Origin: Marsupella aquatica
Taxonomy: Eukaryota; Plantae; Marchantiophyta
NCBI GenBank assembly: GCA_973895155.1
Contig: OZ316891.1
Coordinates: 16,581,651-16,645,650, forward strand
Length of the DNA: 64,000 bases
Direction: 5' to 3'
Below the pieces are notes generated by a model that saw only the letters and a program-made list of their open reading frames with translations, had not been told where the DNA came from and ran no database searches. How positions within the stretch are numbered: position 1 is the stretch's first letter; every line of letters starts with the position of its first letter. Below are positions 36,840-50,279 of the stretch, piece after piece. The position numbers and the translations under genes were made by a program.

Positions 36840-37455
36840 TGCCTCGCTAGCCTGCTGTCCTTGCTAGCAAAACTCCTGTTTGCTTGCACAATAGAATACC
36901 TTGTTCCAGAACAAGTACGTCAAAACCAGATTTTATTAAAGGTGGCTTGTGCAAAGTTTTTCCGAGTAAATCTTCTATTTCATGATTCAAGAACTTTCCT
37001 CATTCACTTTAGAGTCACAAAAATCTGAATAATCTGCTACGTTATGGATGAAATGGTCACTGGTTTGTAATTTGTACAAGGAATGAAACATGATATGCCA
37101 CAGAGTCTTCTTGGGATGACACCTATGACCTTCAATTGGGAGAGAGAAATATGCCTCACTAGCCACCTGTTTGCCTCGCTAGCAAAACTCCTGTTTGCTA
37201 GCAACATACAATACCTCAACTCCTGTTTGCTCGCAACATACAATACCTCCACTCCTGTTTGCTCGCAACATACAATACCTCCCACAACAGCAAGTCAACA
37301 ATGACCCACCCAGCTTTAACAGGAACATTCCCACAACAACACACACAAAATAATAACACTTTTGCAATGACAACTTGACTGAATTTTCAAGAATTACACA
37401 ACAACAAGACTTCCCAACTGAATTTTCAAGAATTCCACAACAACGAGACTTCCGT
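36840..37455. repeat. Subterminal-type tandem repeats: ~31-bp CTCCTGTTTGCT(C/A)GCAACATACAATACCTC x3 and ~40-bp CTGAATTTTCAAGAATT..AGACTTCC x2
   Basis: Directly visible at 37188-37280 and 37379-37452; one related unit at 36870-36900. Confidence 0.8.
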
Positions 37456-37948
37456 AATGACAGCAGTACCACAACAGGTGTGCAACGCCCAATCATTGGG
37501 CTAGTGAACTACAATTGCTTTCATTCTTCTCACGAAATGTTACCCTTTCCTTGAGCTTCAAGTTCCAATATCATAGGTGGTTGGTAGCTAGGTACAGTAT
37601 ACAGAACTTTGATTAAAAGACCTAATTTCAGTCGAACCAATATGACCGAATTTCCCGGTCTGCCCTTTGTCTGCGAGATTAGGCTTGTGAACAAGTCGAC
37701 TATTTGAAAGTGCCTGACCGCCAGCACCAGAGTATGACCTCTGCAGTTAGGCTATCATTAGCTCTGACTCCCTCGTCTTGTGAGGTCCAGAGTAGTATGG
37801 CATGGCTTGAGTTGATGTCAACAATCATTCGTTAAAGATTAAAGTTTATTGTTTAACGAATGATTGTTGAGAGCAACGGGGGACTGAAAACCTGTTCTCA
37901 CAACTTACGATGCACGGTGATCTTCGATTAAGGAACTCGAGAAGTGTG

Positions 37949-40900
37949 TCACTCTTCCAATTTGATTCGATGAAGTGACTCTCGGAGATGATCATAGAAG
38001 AAGCTACAAAAGTAGTCTGCAGCTCTGCCGGCTGTTGGTATACCCTTGTTGTGGGAGAGTGATGAACCTGCAGCTCTTTCCTGGTCATCAACATCATCAC
38101 ACCAGTTTCTACAATGAACCACTTCATCGGCGGTCTCCAACGTTACTCTTACTCTCCTCACTACGTCAGAAGTCTGCGTGTATCAATTTCCCAATACACG
38201 GAATTAGACCAATGGTGCCTGTCGGTCCAACTTAAATATTTAGTACTCGTTTCAGCTCTACATCCCTCCTACCTCATTTATCAAAATTAAGAACTATGAT
38301 TAATCATCTCCACTCTAGAAACATATTGATGCAGATGGGAGGAAAGACAGGGGGCAGCCCACGAACCGGAATATCGTTGTTAATGTTATTTGATAGGTAG
38401 ACCTCATCTGTACTACTCTGCCGCCCAGGAAATCCCGTCTCTGAGGGTCGATAGAATTTCCGGCACTTCAGTACCACATTGTTGTAAGCCCTTTTTCGTA
38501 CACATTGCTGAAAAGCTCGGGTCTGGGGACGTCTTCTACCATCTTCTTGACACCAAAATCCTTCAATTCGAGCCACAGAGATTGGACAATCGGCAGTCGG
38601 AGCCCGTACCTGAAAAATAGACATGGGGCAGTCAGTACAGGCAAGTTAGGAACTTTTCTGTCTCAGGTTGTCCCCGACCTATTACTGAGAGGATTTCAAG
38701 CGAATACACCTAGAAATGGGTGATCGACCCACAGCTCATCTTGTTCATTCACTCCAAGATTTTAGCTCTTCTGTTCTCTTCACAGAAGAGTTTCAGACTG
38801 ATCACGAATTCTACACGCCATCTCGTCACCCCCACCAGAATTCTCACGTGACATAAATTGAAAACATGCCAAAGTCTACCGTGCTATGTTTTATTTTTGA
38901 ACCGTGGTTCATGACAAGCATATTCCATGTCCGTGTGGAGATTTCCCAGAAAATAGGTATCTAGTCCCCAAAACTTCAGGATTGATTGATATATGGGTGA
39001 ACTTCGTTCCTTTCCCTGGTCTTTGCCTGGCAAGGGATTAACACCAAAGACATCCCCCGCTGACAGATGATTGGTCCTTCGTCTTCACTGACATTCTAAG
39101 CACATAAAACAGAAGAGGAGAAAACAAAGGGATGAAATCACAACTGATTACCTCCACAATATCTCCAAGGACGTACTCCACCCCCTTGAATAAACATCCT
39201 TCGTAACACAAGAAGTTTTTGGGAGTCTTTCGATGGGCCAACGAATGGGAATACGGGCCCAGTAGACGATCTGTCAATTGTGGAACTTGTAGAGGTGAAG
39301 TGAAACCTTTTCCCAACCAGCAGCTGTTGACATGACCTTGCTCCTCCAACTCCTTGCCTAATGATCTAGCGCTTGCAGAAGACTGACTAGGTCGAATTTC
39401 ATCAGGTCGAGAACGATGTTTGAATTTCTTGACAAGGAGTTCTATTCCAGAATCCCCATCTTCTCTGCTTTCAGAGTTCTCACTTTGGAGCTGAACTCTA
39501 CGGCGGCTGTATCTTTGCAGAGGTTCTCCAGTCTTTAAAGCTGACGATTGCCGAGAGGGTAATAAATAGCTGGGAGGAGTGGAGTTTGACGGAAAAGGAA
39601 GGAGCTTTCCATTGAGAAGACTGACAATCATCCACTCTGAATCCTGCACATACGAGTCCCCAACCCAAGGCTTCCCATCAATTAAAAGGTCGAACGGGAA
39701 CCGACATACAAACAAGCCAAAGTTTGCTCGGAGTAAGAGCACGGTAAAAATAGAAACCTATGCTAGAGCAGGACTAATAGTACTAAAGAGTCAACTTCAA
39801 CTGCATGTAATTTAACGCCCAAGGTACTAAAAACCTCTAAGCTCAGACACGATAAGATCACAGGAAATGCCAGCTTTTGAAATAAGATAAAGTAACCTTT
39901 ATTTCTGCAACCGAAGGCTGATTCTGGGAGGTGCAACTTGAAACACAATTTGAGGATCGACAAAGTTTGCAGATGACCAGACTCGAAGTGTGGGGGACTG
40001 GGGGTTCATTGTCTTTAAGCACACCTCTGTTTATCCTGAACGCTTCTTTAAATCTCACTGCCCTAATTTCGCTCGTACGGCATACCCGCAACTCTGTAAA
40101 CAAAGAGTCTTCAGGTGTGAAGAGGGAGGATCAGGGAACCAACCACTACGTGATACTCTAGTCTGGATGCAACTCCTTGCAGTTCAAGGGGCAAATTACT
40201 CGACCCTTCCACCACCACAAGCCCAACCAGGTTTTGTCGTTGTTTTTGTTCACTTTCCTTATACACTAGTTTGCGAATCACCTTTCCACCTGCATGCTGT
40301 CCACACAGCAAAGCAGCAATAATTGTCAAACCATCCCCCAGGTCTCCAATTAATACCACTGCCAAAGTTTTTATGGTAGATTTGATTCCTTTCTTTTTAT
40401 AAATTCCTACAATGGAAAAGGTTCTCTCGAGGAAAAGGAGATAAGGACTACAGCAGAGGCAGATAAACAAGTGGCTAGAAATGTATTCCCATTCACGCAT
40501 GGCAATTTGATATTCACCAAATCTACCACTAATGCGTCAACGCCATATATTCAGTTTTCCTATCACTGTACCTTAGCCAGGGTTGACAACTGTGAGATAA
40601 AGTCCTGCTGGCCATCGAAAAGAAATTGGAAGCCAACAAAGAGAAGGCTTTCCCTGATCTTTGACACACACCCGATGTTTGTTTGGCGTACACACTCTGC
40701 TCTTGTATGCTTAAGTTGATACCTGCGCACACCAATGGCGTCCTTGGAAAATGAACTTACTGGTTGAACTTGATTCATCTGAATTTGCATTAAAGACAGA
40801 TATTCCTCTTAAACATGATTCGTTGAACTGACCAAATAAAGACGAGCAGGACATTCGAGGCAATTTCGACAGACAAATACGTCTAAAAAAGTAGCAAAAA

Positions 40901-43900
40901 GGAATCCAAAACATTTACAAGTCCTCAGAGGTGAAAGGCAACCCTTGTGCAAGCCAAAATTGACTCACTGATGGTAAGGTAAATTCTTGACCGCAGATAC
41001 GCAGGCATTTATCCAGCTGGCGTCCAAAAGTGGAGCTCCCACAGCACACCCGTACAAGTATTTGTGTGTACGCATCTGAAGTGGAAAAAAACAAACCGTT
41101 CGCCCATATGTCCCTAGTGAATAATTTATCTGAGTTTCTTTCGGGTCATTGTAGCGTGCGAGGAAACAGTAAAAAAATTCCTCGCACGAGCAAAAGTTTT
41201 GCTCACATGACCCCTATTTTTCTATATCCAACTGTCTCCCTAATAACAACCTGGTTGATAACATACATTTTTGTGACTCCTCTTTTTGCTAGCGAACTGG
41301 AGTCGTAAAAAAACACAAAATATATATAAAAGGCAGAAAAAGCAAAAGAAATTTAAAACCACTAGTGTCTCGCTAACAAAATTCCTGTTTGCTCGCATTA
41401 TACAATACCTCGTTTCGGATCATGGGCGATTAGGCTCTATAGATGCATAACACAAAGTTGGCAGCAATTCAGTAAACTGGCTACTATGGCTGGCAGGTCG
41501 TGCTAGCTTGGGTTCCTAGCTCAACTAGTGCATACTCCAAACCTTGTACAGTAGGAGAATCAGATGGGGAGCTGACCGACTGGGGAGCTATCACAATCGG
41601 AGGGCTTCTTGCGCCACAGTCTACCCCCTTCCGTTTGAAGCGTTGCTTAGGAGCGAAGCGAGGAACGTCAGCAAGAAGTTCTCCGCCACATTTTTCCACA
41701 ATTTTGGAAAGCTTTTCCTTGTCCTGAGAACTAAAACCCGTCAGCAGGAACTGAAGGCCTTTAAACAGGGTTTTTGATCCATGACACGGTTTGCTCCGAG
41801 TTGCGGTTTCCAAAACGAGCCTGCTTGACTGTCGGGTCACATTTTGCGATGGATGCTGCTCTTTTTCAACGAAGTCTTGATGTAGCATATGATGAGTAGC
41901 TGCTGCAAATAGCCAGTGAGGCCAAGAGTGTCAATACGGACCACCGGGTGTTGACTTCAAGCCACTTCAAGAACCTGACATAAAAGGGTTGCTACAAAAA
42001 GCTGAAGACATCAACCCGGACAAACTAATAAGGGGACACGGTAATAAGAGTCACTCAAAAGATGTGTTTCTATCTAAGTTCATGCCCAGAATGTCGTTCT
42101 AAATGACTTCGTGAACATGCATACATCAATCGTAAAATTTGAGACTCGTCTCATATGCGAGCACGAAGCCATACAAATCGTATATTTTGTGAAAATGCAT
42201 ACTCTTTTAGAATAGACTCTTCTCATATGCACGCACGAAGCCATACAAAGTCAAAGACTCGTAGAGCATAAACTAGTGGATCCTGGAAATCTCACCTGAG
42301 AAGGCTGCCACAGTGGTCTTACCATAATTATGTAACCATTCAGATGAGTCTGAGTCAACTACTGTGCATGCTGTCAACCTTCGTTTCTTTCCACCAGGCC
42401 ACAGCAACGGAGGGGAGGCTGAAAGGTCGGCACACATCCATATATTAGAGATCTTTTTTTCCTTTAGCACTCTCGTCCCATTAGCAGTTAAAGTGACATC
42501 TGGCAAATCGGTCGTTGTTTGAGTATCACTATCGGCTGACTGTTCAACCTCCCCTTGCATCCGTTCAAAGTCAAGGGGAGGACTGATTGAAGTGACCCTA
42601 GGAGATCGTGTGCTAGGCTGTTCTAGGTTACCACCCTCTTCAGTACAGTCATTAGGAAAAGATTTTCCGGCAATGTCCACGGCATGAAGGAGTAGTGACA
42701 GTGGGTTGGTTGTTGTACTTAATTTCTTCATTAACGTAGGCAGACGCTTCACATTGATATCATCAAGGGAGAAAGTATCAATCTTTGTTTCTAGGATTTG
42801 CTTGCTTGAAGCTACGTTGTTTGTCCTTACCGCAGGAGCTGGTACACTCTCCAATTCAATGGCTCCTCCTGCCTTTAGGCAGTGAGCTACCTCCCGGCTG
42901 TCTATGTTCATGGCTGTCCGGGCACAGGCCTCGAAGGTCGCAGCTAGCATTGACGATCTATGATCTCCGTGACAGGGAAGCAAGGATACAGCAGCAGGGT
43001 CCAAAATGCTGCAAGGCACAAAAGAGCAGAGGGGATCTAGTTGAGACATATCTAAGTCTCGTGAATGGGAACCATTCGAGAGAGAAGAGTCATTTTTGGG
43101 CTTCTCAGAGGTCGCTTCTTCGTTTTGTGCAAAACATTCCACCACTGCTTCATCAACCGAAACAGTGCGGAAAGCTGTAGTTTCCTGACCAACGGGTATA
43201 CTTTTCTTTCGAGCTAAAAAAGCCTTCTGCTCCGGGACAGCAACTTCAGAGCCTGTATCATTCAAAATTCTACTGGAAAACATTTCCACATCTGTGCTCC
43301 TCTCGGTTGCAACAACTGCAGTGGAATTAAACGCTGCCTGCAAGACAAAACGGGAACAGCGAGATTAGCAATTGACAGGTGCTGATAGGGATGAGGTCGA
43401 AGCATCCCACGCGACTCAGAATCAAGCAGTTTAGTAAGGTTCCGATAGAAAACCATCTTCAGGTCTAGAACTGGTTTCAAGTAGGAGAACCTGAATGCGA
43501 ACAAATGGGTGTTGTTAATCCTAGTAAGTGATTTATTCTCTTGACTTCGTTGTTCTCATTTTACCCTTCTCTGAACTTGTCTACGGAAAATCTCGACGTG
43601 CAACGCAACATGATGTCACGCTTACTACAACGAAACGCTGCAATGAACAACCCTTGACCTAGAACGAAAACTTCAGACGGATCTAACTGAGGCTTGCGAC
43701 GCTTGATAACTCACATTGCTTGACCATCCTCCAAACCAGCGACTAACATATGGAGCGACCAAATTTCTTGTAGAGATTTCCACGGAACGACCCCTGAGAA
43801 TTGCTGGACTTTTGCCAACATCTTGGTGGCTCCACTTGGTTTCAGAGGAAGCCTATCCAAGACGTCAAAGAAATGAGCACGAGTTGACATTGAAACCCAT

Positions 43901-46104
43901 CACTGACGCAGAAATATGCATATCACCCAACGCTAGCAAGGCATCCTTGCATCCAACTAGTTCATATACTCGCCATCCATCTCATCACACTTATAATTCC
44001 GTTAGGCTTTGAGTAAGAGATATCTACACGACAACGAGGAAGCAAACCAATATCTAGACATGTGAAGCATCAGAGTCTGATTTAGTTGGTCAGGTTTCAA
44101 AACGAGTGGTTATGGTCACCCACCATAGCTTTTGAAGGCAAACAAAGCTCAATATGATGTTCACTAGATTCCAAGGAATGTGTGTCCTTGTTGTCCTCCA
44201 TGCCCAATACGTCTTTACCCCCAAACTCTGCCAATAATTGTGAAATTCCCATACGTCAGAACGGAGATCAAAGATCTTCATTTGAAATTTTGATGAGTTC
44301 CCCAAAAAGTCAATTACTGTAATTCCGTCTAAACGATGTTCAACTAGTAGCCAAATTTCAAATGGTTCAAAACCTGACGGGCGCTTCCAGGTTAATGGTC
44401 AAATTGAGCACCTTCTTTATGCTCTGCCATGTGCAGAATGCTTTCAACCATGGAACCTGTTTCAAGCAAAAAATCTCCAGAAAACATGTCACTGTTTGGC
44501 GATCTGTCAGTAATTACCAGGTCCGCATTGGGTGCTTGAGCGACAGCTTTGTTAGAATTCTCTTCGGGCCAGGAAGTGATCTGTTCGATCTGTGTTGGCA
44601 CAGTCCTGGTTGTTTTGACTGTATCGCCATCTACTTGTGAAGATTCACCCTCTAATGAGCGACACGTTCTAGACAATAATAGGGCACAGGGCTGCTGGCA
44701 TTGCATAACCTCAGTTGTGGACACACTCGCTGCCTTACTCTCCGTGATAGCTCCATATACTTCTTGCTGAACTTCGGTACTCGGCAGATTATTTCCAATT
44801 TTGATCTCATGATCTCCAGGAACATTCTCTCCAATCTTAAGCTCTGAATCAGAAGGAACCACGGCCACAGACTTCCAGCTCGCTGAAGGTTTTGTGACCT
44901 TTTCCTCAAGTACTAGTCCATCGACGTTTAATGGATTCCTGCTTTCAATTGTGGAGGCCCGACGCAGAGAATTTCCCGCAGGTTCTTTGACTGCTTGCGA
45001 TCGAAAGCTGTGGACCTGAACATTATTTCCAATTCTTTGACTGTGGAGACCACCAAATTCACTCTGTTGAGCCGCAATGTTAGTCTGGCAAGCAGAACTG
45101 TGAGAAATATCTATGACTGACTTGCAATCTTGTGCTATTTCCTTGCAAATATCTGAAATAGTTCCGTCAATTCTTTGCAGAGACCCAACAACCTCCGTAG
45201 GGCAGCTTCCTGAACATCTTGCTCCGGCATGGACTTCAATTTTTTCCTTAGGCAGATTGACTACGGCCGGACCAACAGACAGGATCATTCCAACATCCGC
45301 ATAAGCTTCCTGCATACTCTCGTGATCGAGATCTTGAGTCTCCAATTCGCCAAAATCCTTCGTTGTTGCATCAAGGCGATATTTATCAAGTCCACATAAA
45401 TGCCTAGCTTTTCCAAGACTTAAGGCAGCTTCCAAAATGATTGGACGCTCTTGACCAGGCGATAAGCTCGAGGATTTTATGAGATGGCCGACGACAATTG
45501 CTTCACCAGCACTTATGACCCTTCCGATGGCAGCTTCCACATCTGCTGTTGCCAACTCAGTCTGGCTTCCCTTCCTTTTCTTGCAATTTTTCTTGGTGCT
45601 CTCTGGCCTTCTCCCACTGTCCGTTTTGTCTCGATTACAGATCCCCAATTTCTGAATTGGAGACCTTTGCCTTGAATTCTGCAGATCATTCTTGAAGCTC
45701 GAGACACAACCATCTTGTAGGCACTCACCTTTGCTGTGAGAAGGAGGAACATAAAGCTCTGTTGACGCTGTTCGGAATGATGCCAGAGAAGTTGTCGGTC
45801 CCAATACAGGCAGAAGCTCTTCGTTTGTAAGACCTTGCCATGCTGAGCTTCTTTTGCCAGTCGTGCCATCAAGAGTAACCATCTCTTCTCCCAAACAACT
45901 AAGGTCCTCATGTTGTGCATCTAATTCAACGGAAGGAATGCCAACGTGCCTAGGAGGCTTCACTGCTACAGACGTACCCCTGAGAAAAGTAGAAGGCAAC
46001 TGCAGCATCACAGGCAACATAGGTCCAAAGCTCCCAGATGTGATTATGGATACCAGGAAGTTGTAGCTAACTCGGAGATAGTCCTTCGTGACGATCACAT
46101 GCAC
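37949..46104 (-). CDS. Large multi-exon protein with a long low-complexity N-terminus, tandem BRCT repeats (53BP1/Rad9-like) and a C-terminal BAH domain; 5' end uncertain (possible exon near 46400-46600)
   Basis: Long open exons 44392-46104 and 42273-43343 (DPLCSFVPCSI). BRCT1: LFKGLQFLLTGFS..CGGELL + RTHKYLYGCAVGAPLLDASWINAC (40969-41075). BRCT2: HAGGKVI..WMIVSLLNGKLLP. BAH: YEGCLFKGVEYVLGDIVEV + VARIEGFW..RKFYRPSET..DEVYLSN + YFCSFFYDH. Confidence 0.8.
41100..41429. mobile_element. Small intronic MITE-like insert related to the right-hand repeats of the MULE-like element
   Basis: Inverted TCGCCCAT ends (41100-41107 and 41422-41429); 41369-41420 matches 36860-36915 and 37175-37220. Confidence 0.45.
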
Positions 46105-48481
46105 AAGCTGTTACCTCACAATTTGAAGTTAAGCAATTGCCTCCAAAACGCATAGAGTAAACTATTTTCATAGCATTACCAGTTTCTGCTTATGCACTTT
46201 TAGTCATTCGGAATCTTCAGTCACACTCGAAGATCAAGTAGAACGATCTCCTCCTACCTCCTCTCTAACCCATTGAGATCAATGACCAGTAAATTTCAGT
46301 CAGTTTCTCCAAAATTTCGTCCATTCTTCACTCATTCACACTTTGAAATATCTCCAATTCAATTTTTCCCTCCACAGCAAAACATGAGCTCATTGGCACC
46401 TTACTTTTGAATGATCTGCCATCCCCTGCCGTATCTGCTGTGGAAAACAAACGCTTCCATCACAGGGACGAGGGCTTGCATGCGCGTTGCTACTGCTGTA
46501 AACTCTCGTTCATGAGAAATGTATTCCTTCCATCTCGTCCCGTCATGGTACTCAATGCAGAATGGGACTCAATGCAGAATGATCCAACTCCTTGAGACCC
46601 CTCTCTGCATAGACTACGCTATGATCTGAACCACATTGAATTGTCCTTCTCCTCACGCCATAGAGAAAGTCAATCTTCTTCCTTCCGTCCAGTAAGCGTT
46701 TCCTTTCTCCCAAGTCTAATTACCGTTACTGTATGCAGTTGCCCCTTCTCGTGTATGCAGTACTAAGAACCCTCAGACGACCGATCGAAAGATCTCAAGA
46801 CCAACCCTCTCCTCTGCCTTTCTCTTCATCGAAAAGGTAAAGCAAGATTCCTCTCTCTTCATCTAAAAGTAAAGCAAATGACTTCCGAACCCCAACAACT
46901 TCCAGGTGACTGCAGTCGAGGATGCGGGCGTATCTTCCAACCAGACAGAATTTAAAACCCAAGATTTATGGCAAAAATCGGCCAAATGATTCACATCCTC
47001 CTATTCTAACAATTCTAGGACGAGAGCCCTCATATGCAATCGTCCATCCGAGGCAATCCTCAACATATTGGCCATTGTTTCAGCTTCCATTTCCATCAAG
47101 TAATCTGGACCCCTTAACACGGTTCCATCCATCTGTGACTCGTCACCACCGTCACCATCCCCGACTGAGTAACCTCTGTATCTCCCGACCTTGCATATAA
47201 GTGACAACACTTAGACATGCCAACATTCAAACGGAAACCCGGTTCTCTGAGTCCATGAAAAATCCATCGTATCACCTTGCAATGCGTTGCTTCGTTTTGA
47301 AGCTTCAGTACACCCAAACCCTACCAAAACCCTTAGCTTTTAAATTGAACTACAGTAGCTTCGTGGAGCAGTGGCAATGGGAGCGAAGGTCACAGAATAC
47401 TGCCTTGGCTTGTACGCCCTGGAGATGTGGTCATTGGGGTCTAGTCAGTAGAACTCGCAATCACCAGTGAGGCTTGGGGTTGAATTAATTCAAACTTTTC
47501 CCGCGCGTCCTCTAGTGCAAAAGGCCCATCAGAATTTATAAATCAGGGAAAACAAAGTAAAATGAAAGGAAAGAAAATAGTTCCAAAAGCACCTAACCAC
47601 ACAAAAGGAAAGCAAGTGTAAACCTAAAAAATCTAACAATATAATTCCCGAGAGCAGCAAGGGCTGTCCATTCCAAAAATTCACTTTTGGTTAATCAAAC
47701 GAATTTTATTCTTTTTGTGATTGGTTAGATGAAAAGGTTTATTCAAGAGACACTACTGTTCATCTATGAATATAATCTCGATGTGAATACAAATATACTT
47801 AGGGTAGAGGACCTAATACATCACAAAGGGCTATTGAGGTTTTAACACAACGCGTCGGAAATCTAGAGTATGGCAATGCGTTGTTTGGAGTTCATGCAGT
47901 AACACAATTTTTCAGCCAGGGAATGAGCCTTGTCGGAAGGAAATGTATTATAGATTTAAGCATCTTGCAGGAGGAGGTAATATCAAGGGCTATGCACACT
48001 CTGTCATGGTTATGCCATCAAGACACCAAAATGAGGATGATTGGGCACTCCTACATCCACTTTGAACTCCTGGAAATCAACTTGAGAGATTATCAACTAT
48101 TCAAAACATGATTAAATTGCTGAAAATATATCCTGACTTAAAAGTAGAAATTAGAAGAATTAATAAAATAGAATACAATGACACTGAATTAAAACCTCAT
48201 AATGTACTGGACGAATATCCAGAACTCAAGGATTATTTAAATAGAGTGCATGAAGAACAAAATAACAAAAATTTTGAATTGATATTTTATACACACATCA
48301 TAAAACTATTTGTCTTGAAATTCAATAATTACAAAAATGCACTATTTCTATTTTTAATTTAATTTCACCCCGTTAACAACTCATTACTAAGTTAATTCAA
48401 TTGTTATGTTTCTTTCTCTTCAATCTATAAATCAATTATTTACCATAAAATAGTCCACAACAAGGCCCTTTTCTTCACAGT

Positions 48482-50279
48482 CACTACTAAAATACTGGAT
48501 GCCGCCAAATTTGGGCTTTTGTCCGTTTACGGAATGTGATTAGGGCAGGAACAAACTATGGCCGTTAGATCTTTTTGGGTTTTTTTGCAACCGTTCAAAG
48601 TCAACAAAGCCCTCCCTGAGGCCTTTGCACTCCATTTGATGTTCTTCGTTTGCTGTACGCCCCTGCCATGGCCATCGTTTCTTGTCGTGGGGGACTCTCT
48701 CACGCTTGGCTAACTGTGCCACTGCAGTGGCCGTTGCATTGCCAGGCGAGGTAGTGCCTCGCTCGCCAGGTCTGCCTCCCCCTCTCTTGCTGCACCCTTG
48801 TTGCGCCCTCGCTCCATCCCCTTGGCTCGTTGCGCCCCTCTCCTCCCCCTTGCTTGCTGCACCCTCGCTGTGCCCCCTGGCTTGCCACTGCCTGGCCTTT
48901 CGCGCGCGCATTTGGTGAAAAAGGTAAACACGACGGATTTAAAATCCGTTCCTATTGGTTATTGGTTCAAGTCCAATAATGCGCATCTCTTACAAACTTC
49001 ATAAGAATGAGAGATTATCGTAAAAAACAAGATAAAGTCCTACGACCATCTTGCTTTCAGTTTCATTAGATCCTTTCTTTCCGGCGGCTAAATCGGGAAC
49101 AATTGGTAAAATATAAATGGGAGGCGAACATCAACTTGGCGCGCTTCACCATTTGCAGAGCTCAGGTGCCAATGGTTAATTGCTGGTTGACAAGGACCGA
49201 AAGAGTCTCCGATTCGCCGGTACAGAACCTCATCTTAAATACAAGAGAACCGGCTTGCTCCATACTTTTGGGTTACCCCCCCCCCCGGCCGGCGGGGTAG
49301 GAGGTAAATGAAACACACGACGGCGGGGACAAGTTATCATAATGTGCTTGAGAATAACAGGCAGAGTTGGATATTGCACGCGCGGCATCGATATCATGAC
49401 AGCCTCCTATATTTTCTTAGGTTAATTTTTGGTCACTTGTAATTTTTTACTTCTATTTGCTCCAAGTTCGCAAATTTTCGGATCAGTCTTTGTCGAAAGA
49501 ATCCAGGTGATTGTGGCCGAATATAAAACACCCTGACTGCAACGGGCACTGGATTGGTGGGACTCGAAATGGGGAATTATTTGTTTGAAAAATTATCACA
49601 GTTCTACTCCTATATTACGGGTTATCCTTAATCTCAACCACCCAAAAATGGGTTTTAAGTCTAATGTGGTGGTCCGTTCCTACCCATTTCTCTAATATGG
49701 CGGCCAAGAACTCCTGTCGGATCTCTTACTTCGTGAACTCATATGATTAAATATTATTATTTGCTCCAAATTTATGGATTTAACCCTCGGCTTAGGGGGC
49801 AGGTGCGCAGCAAGCACTTGACTGGAGGAACAGCGCTTGTAGGAAGAAGGGGTCGAGTTTACGAAGGACCGAGAGGTCGGAAATGGCTCGTAGATTTCCG
49901 CGCACTTTGCCGAAATGGCTGAGAAGAGAAGGCGGCGGCACGCTAAGCCGTTCTCCGAGCTAGAGGTTCTATGGATCGTATCGTAGGTCTACTGGAGGTA
50001 TTCCACTCAGTCTCCTAAAATGAAATATTTTAAGCCGGCTTCCGCGGAAAATTCAGAGTCGGTGCCTCGGTCCATGAACCTCCCTCGATTGCTCCTGCCA
50101 CACTCCCTACCACGCCCCCTTGTTGCCTCCCCCCTGGTCAGCCTTGCTGCCTCGCACGCTTGGACCAAGGAGCGGTCGTGGGAGGGGTCAGGGCCAGCCT
50201 CTGCGCCTCCCTCAGTCACACTACCACGCCCCCTAGCTTGCTGCCTTGCTGCCTCCCCCTCACTTGCTGCTTCCTGCCT
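48482..50279. mobile_element. CACTA (En/Spm)-type terminus with GC-rich non-coding internal sequence, interrupted by copia copy 2
   Basis: CACTACTAAAATACTGG at 48482; related CCCCTTGC(T)TGC-rich blocks at 48660-48910 and 50080-50279; second TIR not found. Confidence 0.45.

Noticed and set aside
37188-37455. CRISPR-like array
   Set aside because: Units are head-to-tail without unique spacers, the context is eukaryotic, and there are no cas genes
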